From an uncultured Methanoregulaceae archaeon (lineage in GTDB: Archaea; Halobacteriota; Methanomicrobia; Methanomicrobiales; Methanospirillaceae), in the NCBI GenBank assembly GCA_963717525.1, contig OY970343.1, forward strand, positions 448,001 to 512,000: a stretch of DNA of 64,000 nucleotides, written 5' to 3'. The translations under genes and the position numbers were made by a program. Numbering within the stretch: position 1 is the first letter of the stretch; every line of letters begins with the position of its first letter. The notes beneath the pieces were generated by a model, which was not told the origin of the DNA, made no database searches, and saw nothing but the letters and a program-made list of their open reading frames with translations. Positions 45,924-55,083 of this stretch are shown piece after piece.

Positions 45924-46007
45924 CCCACCTTTTTTACGGCCCGCCCGTGATGGTATCATAACATTTTTTAAGCTGTCTTTTCCAAGGATGGTCTACGGAA
46001 TGATTCC

Positions 46008-46532
46008 TTGACCTCCCCGCACCGCGACCATGCGCTTACTGAACTCTATACGTTCCTGCTGATTGTCCTGCTGATCTGCATCGCGGTAATTATTATCATG
46101 AGTGTTTCGACCGGTTTTGTCACGTCCCTGCTTCAGAAACCCCCGACGTTTGCTGTCAGGGCTGCAATCACTACACCCTATGCCGGTAAAAACGTCATAT
46201 GCCTGTACCACGGGGCAGGGGATCCGGTTGCACTCTCCAGTCTGTCTGCATCAGGGTATTCGAGAGGAATTTTTTTCACTCTTGAATCCCCTGACGGGAC
46301 CAAAATTGCGGTATCTCCCTCTCCCACCATGACAGGAAATCCGTGGGAGAGCGGGGGAACGGCGATCATCTACTACGACGGCTCCCGTTTCTGGGTGACC
46401 GATAATTATACCTTCCCTGCGGCAAAGAACGGGTCAGTGGGGATAGCAGATATGCCTCCCGGGATCTGGGTCATATATATCACGGACCAGCAAACGCAGG
46501 TTGTTGTGAACTCCCTTGCAGTAACTGCGTGA
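46008..46532 (+). CDS. Archaeal type IV pilin-like protein
   Basis: Short charged leader, then A|LTE and a hydrophobic helix; HGAGD and W..G motifs typical of archaeal pilin-like proteins. Confidence 0.6.
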   Translation: MTSPHRDHALTELYTFLLIVLLICIAVIIIMSVSTGFVTSLLQKPPTFAVRAAITTPYAGKNVICLYHGAGDPVALSSLSASGYSRGIFFTLESPDGTKIAVSPSPTMTGNPWESGGTAIIYYDGSRFWVTDNYTFPAAKNGSVGIADMPPGIWVIYITDQQTQVVVNSLAVTA

Positions 46533-46564
46533 TATCCCCTATGACACAAAAAACGGTGACACTT

Positions 46565-46981
46565 ATGTTCCGGAAAAGAATCAACATTTCTACCAGCCAC
46601 GAAGGAGAGATCATCGACATTACTCCAAAGGTGGCTGCTGCCGTCCGCGAGAGCAGGGTTCAGGAAGGGCTGGTCCACCTGTTCGTGCAGCACTCGACTG
46701 CAGCGCTGACCACGATCGAGTACCAGCCCGGTGTGCTGACAGATCTCGCCCGGGCGCTGTCCGTTCTTGCACCCGATAATGAAGACTACGCCCACAACGC
46801 CAAATGGGGCGATGGCAACGGACGTTCGCATGTCAAGGCTGCCCTCGTGGGTCCTTCTCTTACCGTCCCGATTACAGGCGGGGCACTTGGCTGTGGGACA
46901 TGGCAGCAGATCGTCCTTCTTGAACTGGATGTAAATGCGGGCCGGGAACGGACGATCATATGCACGGTGACGGGCGAATAA
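46565..46981 (+). CDS. YjbQ/UPF0047-family protein
   Basis: HSTAAL, Y.HN, NGRSHVKA, GTWQQI..ELD. Confidence 0.9.
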   Translation: MFRKRINISTSHEGEIIDITPKVAAAVRESRVQEGLVHLFVQHSTAALTTIEYQPGVLTDLARALSVLAPDNEDYAHNAKWGDGNGRSHVKAALVGPSLTVPITGGALGCGTWQQIVLLELDVNAGRERTIICTVTGE

Positions 46982-47100
46982 GAATAGGGAGAACCCCACA
47001 GCAGTGAGGCCCGGATGTGCCTGCTTTTTTTTAGATCTGCTGGTACGATCTCCGGCATGGAACAAACCCTATTTTATCTTTCCCATGCAACCAGTGATCC

Positions 47101-47907
47101 ATGAGCACGATCCTCCGTCGTCAGATCATCAGGAAATGCAGCAGCATGGATATCCCCCTTGTTGGTTTTGCCCCGGCCGATCGATGGGATAATCCCCCGT
47201 TTGAACCCTGGGTGCCGGAGGCGTTCCGGCCTGCATCCCTCTTTCCCGGCACAAGGACCGTGATCGTGATCGGGTTTCCGATCAGCCTGCCGATCATTGA
47301 TACGGCCCCCTCTATCTGGTACCACGAGCTGTACCGGGTGGTCAATGACATGCTGGACTCCTGCGGTTACCGGCTTGCGATGTTCTTAACCGAAAAAGGC
47401 TACCCTTCGGTCTGGGTGCCCCGGGACGGGTACGGGTCGATCGATGTCCTGAAAGAGAAGCCGGTCGCATTCTTCTCGCACCGGCACGCGGCTTTCTGTG
47501 CCGGCTTGGGGAATTTCGGGGAAAACAATATGCTCCTGACACCGCAATACGGCCCCCGGGTCAGATTTGCCTCCCTGTTTTCCACGGCCGAACTGCCCGG
47601 CGACCCGGTGCTTGATGACCCCCTCTGCATACACTGCAAGCGGTGCGTCTCGATCTGCCCGGTTTCTGCTGTTCCCGGGGGCGGCTACCCGGAGAAGTTA
47701 ACCGACAAGCATGCCTGTGCAGCCCGGTCGGAAAAACTGAAAAGACGGTATCTTTCCCCGTGCGGGTGCTGCATCAAGGTCTGCCCGGTTGGGAAAGACC
47801 GGTCCCAGTACAACCGCGACGATATGAGAATGTACAACAAAAACAGCCCCCTGTCGGAACCGTACCGCCGCATACAGGACCATGTCCGGTCCTACGGGTC
47901 GAGGTGA
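47101..47907 (+). CDS. QueG (epoxyqueuosine reductase)-like 4Fe-4S protein
   Basis: FSHRHAA..AGLG.FG.N..L.TPQYGPRVR, CIHCKRCVSICP, CGCCIKVCP. Confidence 0.8.
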   Translation: MSTILRRQIIRKCSSMDIPLVGFAPADRWDNPPFEPWVPEAFRPASLFPGTRTVIVIGFPISLPIIDTAPSIWYHELYRVVNDMLDSCGYRLAMFLTEKGYPSVWVPRDGYGSIDVLKEKPVAFFSHRHAAFCAGLGNFGENNMLLTPQYGPRVRFASLFSTAELPGDPVLDDPLCIHCKRCVSICPVSAVPGGGYPEKLTDKHACAARSEKLKRRYLSPCGCCIKVCPVGKDRSQYNRDDMRMYNKNSPLSEPYRRIQDHVRSYGSR

Positions 47908-47940
47908 AGATCCATCGCAGGGGTACGCCACCGTCCGGTT

Positions 47941-48864
47941 TCACCCGGTCTCTGCGGGCGGACCGGCCCGGATGGACCTGAACAGGAAGTACCCGACAAT
48001 ACCGAACGTAATGACTGGTGAAACAAACGCAGGGATCTCAAAACCAAAACTGTCGAGGATCATGATGAAGCCGAGGCAGAAGATCGAGTACATCGCGCCG
48101 TTCTTGAGGTACCGGTAGTTCCTGATGGTGTCCACGTTCCTGATCGTGAGCTCCCTGACGATCAATGCCCCGATGCCGTTCCCGATGATAATCAGGGGGA
48201 CTGCCAGCGTGAAGGCAAAGGCGCCCGTCACCCCGTCGATGGAGAAGGTTGCGTCGATGATTTCCAGGTAGAAGACCTTACTGATATCGGAGAGGTCCCC
48301 TGAGACCATCTTCTTTTCCTGCTCCTCGGCACTCTGCCGGAAGCCGTGGACGATGAAGAAGGCGGTCGAGCCGATCACTGCCCCAAATGCCATCAGAGGG
48401 TTTCTCCCGAGCGCAAGCCAGACGATGGCCGCAAGGAGGATCGAGACAACGGCAAAGAACCAGACGCCCTTCGTGGAGAAATAGCGTTCGCCCCGGATCC
48501 CAAACTCTTTCTCCTCTAAAAAGAGCCAGTGGAAGAAGAGGAAGATAAGGAAGGTGCCACCCCCGACCAGAAGGACGGGTGCCGCCTGAGCGACGGCTGC
48601 TGTGACAGCCGGGTCGCTCGAGAAGGTCGCGGTGAGCGCCCCGACCGGCCCCAGTGACGGGGCGGAGATCCAGACAATCAGCCAGGGCAGTATGCCCCGG
48701 ATCACAAAAACGGCAAAAAGGAGACCCCAGACTAGGAACCAGCGCCGCGCCCTCTGTGACATGGTCGAGAGGACCCCGGCGTTGATGATGGCGTTGTCAA
48801 TGCTTGTTATCGCCTCAAAGAGGCAAAGCCCCGCGATGGTCAGAAGGATTGAGAGGATCTCCAT
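47941..48864 (-). CDS. DUF475/TerC-like integral membrane protein
   Basis: SIDNAIINA, YLEIIDATFSIDGVTGAFA, YLKNGAMY. Confidence 0.85.
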   Translation of the reverse strand: MEILSILLTIAGLCLFEAITSIDNAIINAGVLSTMSQRARRWFLVWGLLFAVFVIRGILPWLIVWISAPSLGPVGALTATFSSDPAVTAAVAQAAPVLLVGGGTFLIFLFFHWLFLEEKEFGIRGERYFSTKGVWFFAVVSILLAAIVWLALGRNPLMAFGAVIGSTAFFIVHGFRQSAEEQEKKMVSGDLSDISKVFYLEIIDATFSIDGVTGAFAFTLAVPLIIIGNGIGALIVRELTIRNVDTIRNYRYLKNGAMYSIFCLGFIMILDSFGFEIPAFVSPVITFGIVGYFLFRSIRAGPPAETG

Positions 48865-49022
48865 GGATGAGGATCCGTTGGAGCCGGACCGGTATTAATC
48901 TTGGCAAACCCGGCAGGTCATTACGGAATACCCGGGCCATCTCCCGTTAACTCCATGAAGCCGGTACCGGTGCTATTAAAATGACAGCCGGCACATTCCG
49001 GGGTACAAAGTGGCCGGGACAC

Positions 49023-49505
49023 ATGGTTTTTGACTGCCAGCAATGCGGGGAGTGCTGCAGCCATCTGGGGCTGGTTCACAGCATAGCAGAGGATCGCGGG
49101 AATTACGAGTTCGTGGTCTTCAACCGGTACACCAACGAGTCCGATATTGTCACCGTGGATACCGACAAGCACGCTCTCTATGACGACAAGAGCATCTTTG
49201 AGAAGCTACCCGAGGCCTGCCCCTTCTTCCGTCACCAGCCGGATTCTGAGAAAGCGTTCTGTACCGTCCACCTGACCCGGCCCGATATCTGCCGGGACTA
49301 CGGTTGCTGGCGGATGCTTATTGTCTCCCGGACCGGGCTACGGGCGGGCAGGATCATGTTCTCACGGTATCTCTGCTCGGAAGATCCTCTCGTGACCCGG
49401 ATCTTTGAGGAGTGCATCGATCCTGTTCATGAGCCGGATGACGCACGGTGGGATGATATGGTTATCAGGGTACTGACTGAACGGGGGTACACCGTGAGGA
49501 AATAG
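49023..49505 (+). CDS. YkgJ-family (CxxCxxCC) cysteine-cluster protein
   Basis: FDCQQCGECC, ACPF, CTVHLTRPDICRDYGC. Confidence 0.85.
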   Translation: MVFDCQQCGECCSHLGLVHSIAEDRGNYEFVVFNRYTNESDIVTVDTDKHALYDDKSIFEKLPEACPFFRHQPDSEKAFCTVHLTRPDICRDYGCWRMLIVSRTGLRAGRIMFSRYLCSEDPLVTRIFEECIDPVHEPDDARWDDMVIRVLTERGYTVRK

Positions 49506-49715
49506 GTCTGGACCCGGGGCCCCTGCATTGACCCTCCGCGGTGCCTGAACCTGCGAAGGACCTGCGCGGCATCCTCCTCATTATGGATCCCCGTCCCCGG
49601 TACCGTTCTGGGATAACGCCCGGTGGCTCGTGCGATCACCCACTATTCTTTTAAAGCCCGGCACGTATAGAAGAAAATAGCAGAATCCACACACTGTGGT
49701 GGATCAGTGTTGAAC

Positions 49716-49928
49716 ATGACCGTCAGTGTCAGTAACGACGACGATGACGAAGAGGATAAACGGTTCGCGTTTTCTCCTTCTTTTGTAATACCACGCTGCA
49801 CCCGGAATATCCCCGCAGCGCGTGAGGTTTATGGCCTGTCTTTTTTCCGGTTCAGTTTCCCTGAACCCGGAACCCCCGGCCCCCGGGGCACATCCGCGAG
49901 GGTCAAAAGCGAGCTGATCTGCAGATGA
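49716..49928 (+). CDS. Small ORF with an acidic N-terminal peptide (MTVSVSNDDDDEED...); true end uncertain
   Basis: TTTTAAAG box near 49648 and GGTGG upstream; GAY/GAR codon run 49737-49757; T-rich tract right after. Confidence 0.35.
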   Translation: MTVSVSNDDDDEEDKRFAFSPSFVIPRCTRNIPAAREVYGLSFFRFSFPEPGTPGPRGTSARVKSELICR

Positions 49929-50725
49929 ACGATAGGTGGGATGATTCCCCGCAGACAGGCATCTGGCCCGTTACTGACCGGAGCGCCACGCCCGGCCCGG
50001 CAGACGTGTTTGTCCGGCCCATAATGAAAAGGCGGGCGACTGCCCGGGGAGCGGCCCGGCACACGGAATCGTTACATCTCCCCCAGGCGAAGGAACATGT
50101 GATGGCCCGGGACTCGCTTGCGGTCATCAGCCGCGATCATGCATGTCATGTGATCGCGGAGGACTATTCGTACAAGTCCGAGGCGTATTATACCATTCTT
50201 GCCCGCGAACTGGCCGGTGACGATATCCGCCCGTCCAGCCGTGCCGTGCTCGATGCATTCGTGGTACCTGTCTGCCTCGAGCGTGCGAAAAACGCGGGTA
50301 TCCCGGTCGTTGGGTGGGGGATCTCGCAGGCCTACGTCCCGCTTCCGGCCATCCTCTACGGGCTCAACTACTTTGCCACCGCGTCTGATTACTTCGTCGT
50401 TCAGAACAATACTCAGGCAAAGGAGGTTATCAGGCATATAACAAACAAGGGGAAGTACCCCTTCTGTTACCAGAAACTCGAAGACACTGCAACGATTACT
50501 ACCTGCACTGCAGTCTTTGGGCGGACTACGGGGAGCTGTGCGGCGATAGCAGGCTACGCGGAGAAGATTTACGAGATCTTCTCTATTCCGCTCGTGAACA
50601 TGGTCTTTGTCCGGACCGGGGACGAGTACGCACTCTCCTCACTTACGCCCACGCGCTACACCCGCCTTTCCGAAGGGGAACGGGCTTTCCTCTCCGCGTA
50701 TCGTGATCACCAGGAGTTCCTATGA
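49925..50725 (+). CDS. RimK-like ATP-grasp N-terminal (RLAN) domain protein; start may be at 50023 or later
   Basis: DYSYKSEAYYTILARELAG..IRPS resembles the RLAN YxYxSxGYY..L.AE..G....PS signature; overlaps the ATP-grasp gene. Confidence 0.7.
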   Translation: MNDRWDDSPQTGIWPVTDRSATPGPADVFVRPIMKRRATARGAARHTESLHLPQAKEHVMARDSLAVISRDHACHVIAEDYSYKSEAYYTILARELAGDDIRPSSRAVLDAFVVPVCLERAKNAGIPVVGWGISQAYVPLPAILYGLNYFATASDYFVVQNNTQAKEVIRHITNKGKYPFCYQKLEDTATITTCTAVFGRTTGSCAAIAGYAEKIYEIFSIPLVNMVFVRTGDEYALSSLTPTRYTRLSEGERAFLSAYRDHQEFL

Positions 50726-51594
50726 GCCGGCTCGGGATATTCGTTGACAGGAAAACCCTCTCCAACGCCGAGCAGCTCAATGCCCTGATCCATTGCAGGG
50801 ACGTGGCAGAAGGGCTCGGGCATGACGCGGAATTTCTTTTCCCGGTCGATATCAACAAGATCCCGAAAATGGACGCCCTCTTCATCCGGGCCCGGACCGA
50901 CCCGATGAACATCACGTATGTCGCAGCCCGCATGGCAGAGTTCCACGGCATTCCGGTCATTGACGATGCGAATTCCATCCAGATCTGCGGCGACAAGATC
51001 AACATGTACTCCCACCTCCTTAAAAAGAACGTTGCCCTCCCCAAAACGATATTTCTCTCGAAAAACGACCTCTCTGTCGAACGGGTCACTGGGCTCTTCG
51101 ATACGCTGGGGACACCGCTGATCATCAAGGAACCGTCGACCTCGTTCTCGCAGCGGGTCGAAAAGGTCATGGACATTGCCGGTTTCTTCCGGGTCGCACG
51201 GCGTTTTATCAAGTTGTCTGACTGGATCGTCGTCCAGCAGTTCGTGGAGAGCACGTACGACTGGCGGGTGGGTGTGCTCGGGGGAAAATTCCTGTATGCC
51301 TGCAAATATACGATCCCGTCACTGACGTTCAAGATACAGGCCTCGGTGAACGGCCATATCGTGTACTGCGGAGTGGAGAGCATGCCTGAGACTGCAGTCC
51401 CTCCTCACGTTGTCCAGCTTGGTATTGATGCGGCAAACGCGATAGGCGACGGGTTGTATGGCGTGGATATCAAGAACAACAATGGCGATGCCTGCGTGAT
51501 AGAGGTCAATGACAACCCGTCGCTCGAGAGCGGCGAGGACGCCTGCTACCCGCAGATCTACGAACAGATCGTCAGTCACCTTTTTGCAGCGTGA
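50722..51594 (+). CDS. RimK-family ATP-grasp ligase
   Basis: DALFIR, CGDK, PLIIKEP, QQFV, DWRVGV, YGVDIK, IEVNDNP. Confidence 0.9.
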   Translation: MSRLGIFVDRKTLSNAEQLNALIHCRDVAEGLGHDAEFLFPVDINKIPKMDALFIRARTDPMNITYVAARMAEFHGIPVIDDANSIQICGDKINMYSHLLKKNVALPKTIFLSKNDLSVERVTGLFDTLGTPLIIKEPSTSFSQRVEKVMDIAGFFRVARRFIKLSDWIVVQQFVESTYDWRVGVLGGKFLYACKYTIPSLTFKIQASVNGHIVYCGVESMPETAVPPHVVQLGIDAANAIGDGLYGVDIKNNNGDACVIEVNDNPSLESGEDACYPQIYEQIVSHLFAA

Positions 51595-51600
51595 TCATCT

Positions 51601-51747
51601 TTGACGGAAAACTGGCTGCTTTGTGCCGAAGCTGTCTGTATGACATGCGGGGGGCACTGCTGCGATGATGCGCATCCCCCGGTAACAAAAAAACGCTGTG
51701 ACGATCTGATCGCTGCGGAGACCCTCTGGAGACCTCGGTACGCATGA
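51601..51747 (+). pseudogene. Truncated YkgJ-like (CxxCxxxCC) gene, 48 aa
   Basis: TTG start; MTENWLLCAEAVCMTCGGHCCDDAHPPVTKKRCDDLIAAETLWRPRYA*; stop overlaps the next ATG (ATGA). Below the ORF-track cutoff. Confidence 0.6.
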
Positions 51748-52856
51748 CTGTCGGAACAGAGCACGAGTACTCGATTAACGACGAACACTTCACGGCGCTT
51801 CCCGTCTCCGACCAGATCATAAAATCAATCTGCGGGAGATTTACCGGCGAGATCCGCTTTGGAGAGGTGAACCTGGGAAAGGAACTCCAGAAGACCGTGC
51901 TCGAATTTGTCCCTCGTGTTCCGGCATCCGGCCCGGTTGCCCTGGAGGCGATGCTTGTGCAGGGCATCAGGAAATTCTACCACGTTTTTCCTGATCGCTA
52001 CCACCTGCTCGGCCTTGGCATGCACCCCACGCTCACGCCCGACCGGGCTGTCGTCTGGGATCATGATGAGGGGGAGTACTACCAGACCTACGACCGGCTT
52101 TTCAACATCCGGCAACACGGGTGGCTCAACATCCAGGCGCTCCAGGTCAACCTCTCGTACGCCGGAGAAAAAGACCTGCTCATGCAGTACAACCGGATCC
52201 GGACTCTCCTCCCCTATCTTGTAGCGCTTTCGGCATCTTCGCCCATGGTGGAGGGCAGCCTGACCGGGGCCATGGATAACCGGCTCATCTATTACCGGCA
52301 AAACCAGAAGGAGATCCCCGGGATCTGCAACGGGATTATCCCGGCCCGGCTCCTCTCGGTTGGGGAGTACAGGAGGGCGCAGGAAGAGGTCTACGCGGAG
52401 CTCCGGGCACGGGACGCGGGGATCCTCTGCGAGGAGTGGCTCAATTCGAGCGGGCTTATCATCCGTTTTTCCCGGAACTGTCTTGAGATCAAGGCACTGG
52501 ACGAGCAGGAGTGCATCCGTTCCGATATGGCGTTTGTGGCACTGGTTGCGGCACTCCTCCGCTGCCCGGTTCTGCCGGTTGAGAGTGATCATGATGGGTT
52601 GCTTTCACTCACGGAGACGGCTATCCGGAAAGGTACGGCCGGATTACGGCCGGAACTTGAAGCGCTGTATCGCCGTGCATGGGAGCAGGCGACCGCTGAG
52701 GAGCGGCAGTACCTGCCGGTCATTGAAGATCGCATCGCCCGGGGCAGTCTTGCCGAGCGAATCGCGGATCGGTTCCGCAAAGAGAAGGCGATCATACCGA
52801 TCCTTGAGGATATGGCTCACTGCCTGCGGGCGAACACACCGTACGGGATGGAGTGA
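51744..52856 (+). CDS. Glutamate--cysteine ligase family 2 (GCS2, carboxylate-amine ligase)
   Basis: GTEHEY, KELQKTVLE, GMHP, ALQVN, SASSP, DNR, LEIKALDEQE. Confidence 0.85.
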   Translation: MTVGTEHEYSINDEHFTALPVSDQIIKSICGRFTGEIRFGEVNLGKELQKTVLEFVPRVPASGPVALEAMLVQGIRKFYHVFPDRYHLLGLGMHPTLTPDRAVVWDHDEGEYYQTYDRLFNIRQHGWLNIQALQVNLSYAGEKDLLMQYNRIRTLLPYLVALSASSPMVEGSLTGAMDNRLIYYRQNQKEIPGICNGIIPARLLSVGEYRRAQEEVYAELRARDAGILCEEWLNSSGLIIRFSRNCLEIKALDEQECIRSDMAFVALVAALLRCPVLPVESDHDGLLSLTETAIRKGTAGLRPELEALYRRAWEQATAEERQYLPVIEDRIARGSLAERIADRFRKEKAIIPILEDMAHCLRANTPYGME

Positions 52857-53066
52857 ATTCTCTTTTCGGGAACAGTCCCGGATTTTTTCTTTTTTGGATT
52901 TTGGGAAATGGATCCGGTGTTTCCGGATACATTTATTTTTTCCGGGTTGCGGTGTTTGTTCCGGGAAGGTTGCGGGTCATCGACCCCTCCATCGGGTTCC
53001 GCTCGCACTTCAACATAGCACCGGGCAGTACGAACTAGTGATCGTGGCGTACGAGCGTGCGGAGGC

Positions 53067-53522
53067 GTCATGTGGTTACGCCATCAATTTCTGCCCCCGG
53101 GGGTCTTTCGATTCGCTGCGGAACCTGCCCAGTCAGGACAAAGGCGTCCCTTTCTGCCTTGGTCCATCCGATAAACCGTGAAGGGACCTTGACCGGGAAC
53201 GCCACCTTGGAGGCCGCCGGTCGGGATGCTACCGAGTCTCGCTCGTTATTTTGCTGCACCGTATCGGCATGCTGTCCGGGTTCATCTGAATTTTGCTTCA
53301 CCGGTGGATGGGTTGGGGGAAGCCCCAACATGGACCGCAAGACGTCATCGATATCCCGCGCCCTGGTTACATTCTTCCGCTCGACAAGAAGCCGGTATAC
53401 TTCCGCTGATACTTTCAGGTCTTTGATTTCACTCATGGGTTATTCCTTCGCGACATTCCCACGGGGTCTTCACGTATCGGGAAGTGAGATGCGGACCACC
53501 ATGGCCGTTCTGGATCTTTAAG
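53067..53522 (-). repeat. ~455-bp direct repeat, copy A (gene plus upstream leader/promoter)
   Basis: Nearly identical to 61903-62357, from GTCATG to GATC(T/C)TTAAG. Confidence 0.92.
53068..53436 (-). CDS. Hypothetical protein with an RHH/antitoxin-like N-terminus, copy A
   Basis: KDLKVSAEVYRLLVERK...IDDVLRSML fits a beta-alpha-alpha pattern; 112/122 aa identical to copy B. Confidence 0.6.
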   Translation of the reverse strand: MSEIKDLKVSAEVYRLLVERKNVTRARDIDDVLRSMLGLPPTHPPVKQNSDEPGQHADTVQQNNERDSVASRPAASKVAFPVKVPSRFIGWTKAERDAFVLTGQVPQRIERPPGAEIDGVTT

Positions 53523-53570
53523 CAGTTACTGCATAAAGGTCCAGATCGATCTCACCCGGTTTGTTCAACT

Positions 53571-53990
53571 TTATACCCGCAATTGAGACTGTACCGATTG
53601 TGAATCCGTTTTCAGCGGTTCACAAGCATGCGCCATCTTCTGAACAATCAACGCATGCTGGGATTGTGCTTCTTTGTCATGTGGATTCAACTTCAGGACT
53701 TTATCGAGTGCGCGGAGTGCCTCAGTATCTTTCTTGAGATGCACAAGAGCCAGACTCTTATTGAACAACGCGTTCGTGAATTGGGGATCGATGTCGGCTG
53801 CCTGCCCGAAGGCATTCACCGCATCAATGTATTTTCCTTGTCTGAACCGGATGATGCCGATGTTATTCCAGATAGAGGCGTTGTTGGAATCGGTTCGAAT
53901 AAGTGTCCGAAATAAGACGAGTGCCTCGTCCAATTGACCCTGTTCGGCGAGTTCGGTTGCCTCATTGAACAGATCGAACGCGTCGGGCAT
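53571..53990 (-). CDS. TPR-repeat protein
   Basis: Three TPRs (IWNNIG..QGKYIDAVNAF, ALFNKS..EALRALDKVLKLNP); likely start MPDAF. Confidence 0.85.
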   Translation of the reverse strand: MPDAFDLFNEATELAEQGQLDEALVLFRTLIRTDSNNASIWNNIGIIRFRQGKYIDAVNAFGQAADIDPQFTNALFNKSLALVHLKKDTEALRALDKVLKLNPHDKEAQSQHALIVQKMAHACEPLKTDSQSVQSQLRV

Positions 53991-54166
53991 AGTATCGTGT
54001 CGTGGTGGGGAAAGATGAAGGTTGCTGAAAAGGTCTGGTACGTGCGAAGATGTATTGTGTTCCCAAGATTTCCTGAGTCGTTGCGGCCCAGAATAAACCC
54101 ATGGTGGTACGCCCGGAACTGCTCCAGGAGATTGCCTCACGACTAGTGGTACTCACACAGGCGTTC

Positions 54167-54188
54167 GTTCCAGTGGAACTAAAGGGGT
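54167..54188 (+). promoter_or_regulatory. ORB-like (Orc1/Cdc6-binding) box with G-string, abutting a minus-strand TATA box
   Basis: GTTCCAGTGGAACTAAAGGGGT matches the archaeal TTCCAGTGGAAA...GGGG consensus; the minus strand reads TTTTTATA immediately before it. Confidence 0.65.
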
Positions 54189-54259
54189 ATAAAAATATTT
54201 TCAATTTGTCGGATTGGCTTAAAAATCCTCAAAAGAATATGAAATCTAAAATGCGGTGC

Positions 54260-54292
54260 GATAAAGGGAAATTTTGCTGAGTTCCCTTTATC
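54260..54292. promoter_or_regulatory. Perfect 11-bp inverted repeat (operator or hairpin)
   Basis: GATAAAGGGAA-N11-TTCCCTTTATC. Confidence 0.45.
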
Positions 54293-54414
54293 TAAAACAC
54301 TTATACACGATAATGAAAATTGATGCGACGAAGTCCATGAGAGACATTGCGCTCACTACCTAATTAACACCTCGAACACCTTTCCATATCAACAAAACCA
54401 AAAAAATTCCTTTA

Positions 54415-54969
54415 TTACAGGATGCTTTCGAGCTTCTGTTCGAGGACGTCAAGTCCCTTCTTGACGGCTTCAAGATTTTTGCCACCCGTGAGAATAAGCT
54501 TTCCTGAAGAGAAGATCAAAACAACGATCTTGGGATCTTTGATCCGGTATACAAGCCCGGGGAACTGTTCGGGTTCGTACTCGATATTTTCGAGATCGAG
54601 AGTGACGACTACCTTGTTGAGATTGATGTATTTACCGAGATCGTAGGAACAGACCATATTGGTTATCGCAACTTTGGGCACTTTGAGGGTTTCAAAACCC
54701 GCCTCATTTAATGATTTGATGATGATCGCAAGTCCGTCGGTAAGCGCCTTATTGCTACGAAGGCCGGTCAGCACTATCTTGCCCGTCGAAAAAATCAGGG
54801 ATGTAATCCTGGGTTCATCGATACGATATACTGCGCCGGGAAACCGTTTCTTATTGAGTTCGCAGTTCTTGACCTTATTTGACAACTCAACAAGATCTAT
54901 CGAATCGGCGATGACGCCCGACGCAACGATATTCTCAATCTTCAAGGATTCGTATCTTTTATCAGTCAT
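54415..54969 (-). CDS. tbp: TATA-box-binding protein (probably a paralogue)
   Basis: IENIVAS, RFPGAVYR, IFSTGKIVLTG, YEPEQFPGLVYR, IFSSGKLILTG. Confidence 0.95.
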   Translation of the reverse strand: MTDKRYESLKIENIVASGVIADSIDLVELSNKVKNCELNKKRFPGAVYRIDEPRITSLIFSTGKIVLTGLRSNKALTDGLAIIIKSLNEAGFETLKVPKVAITNMVCSYDLGKYINLNKVVVTLDLENIEYEPEQFPGLVYRIKDPKIVVLIFSSGKLILTGGKNLEAVKKGLDVLEQKLESIL

Positions 54970-55083
54970 CTCTTCCTTCTATGACGTTCTTTGAAGCATA
55001 AGACTAATGGACAATCTTTATGGCATGTCATTTTTGTCCAGTTCGACATTTTCAGTCCTGCCGGATTGAGATAAAAATGGGGA

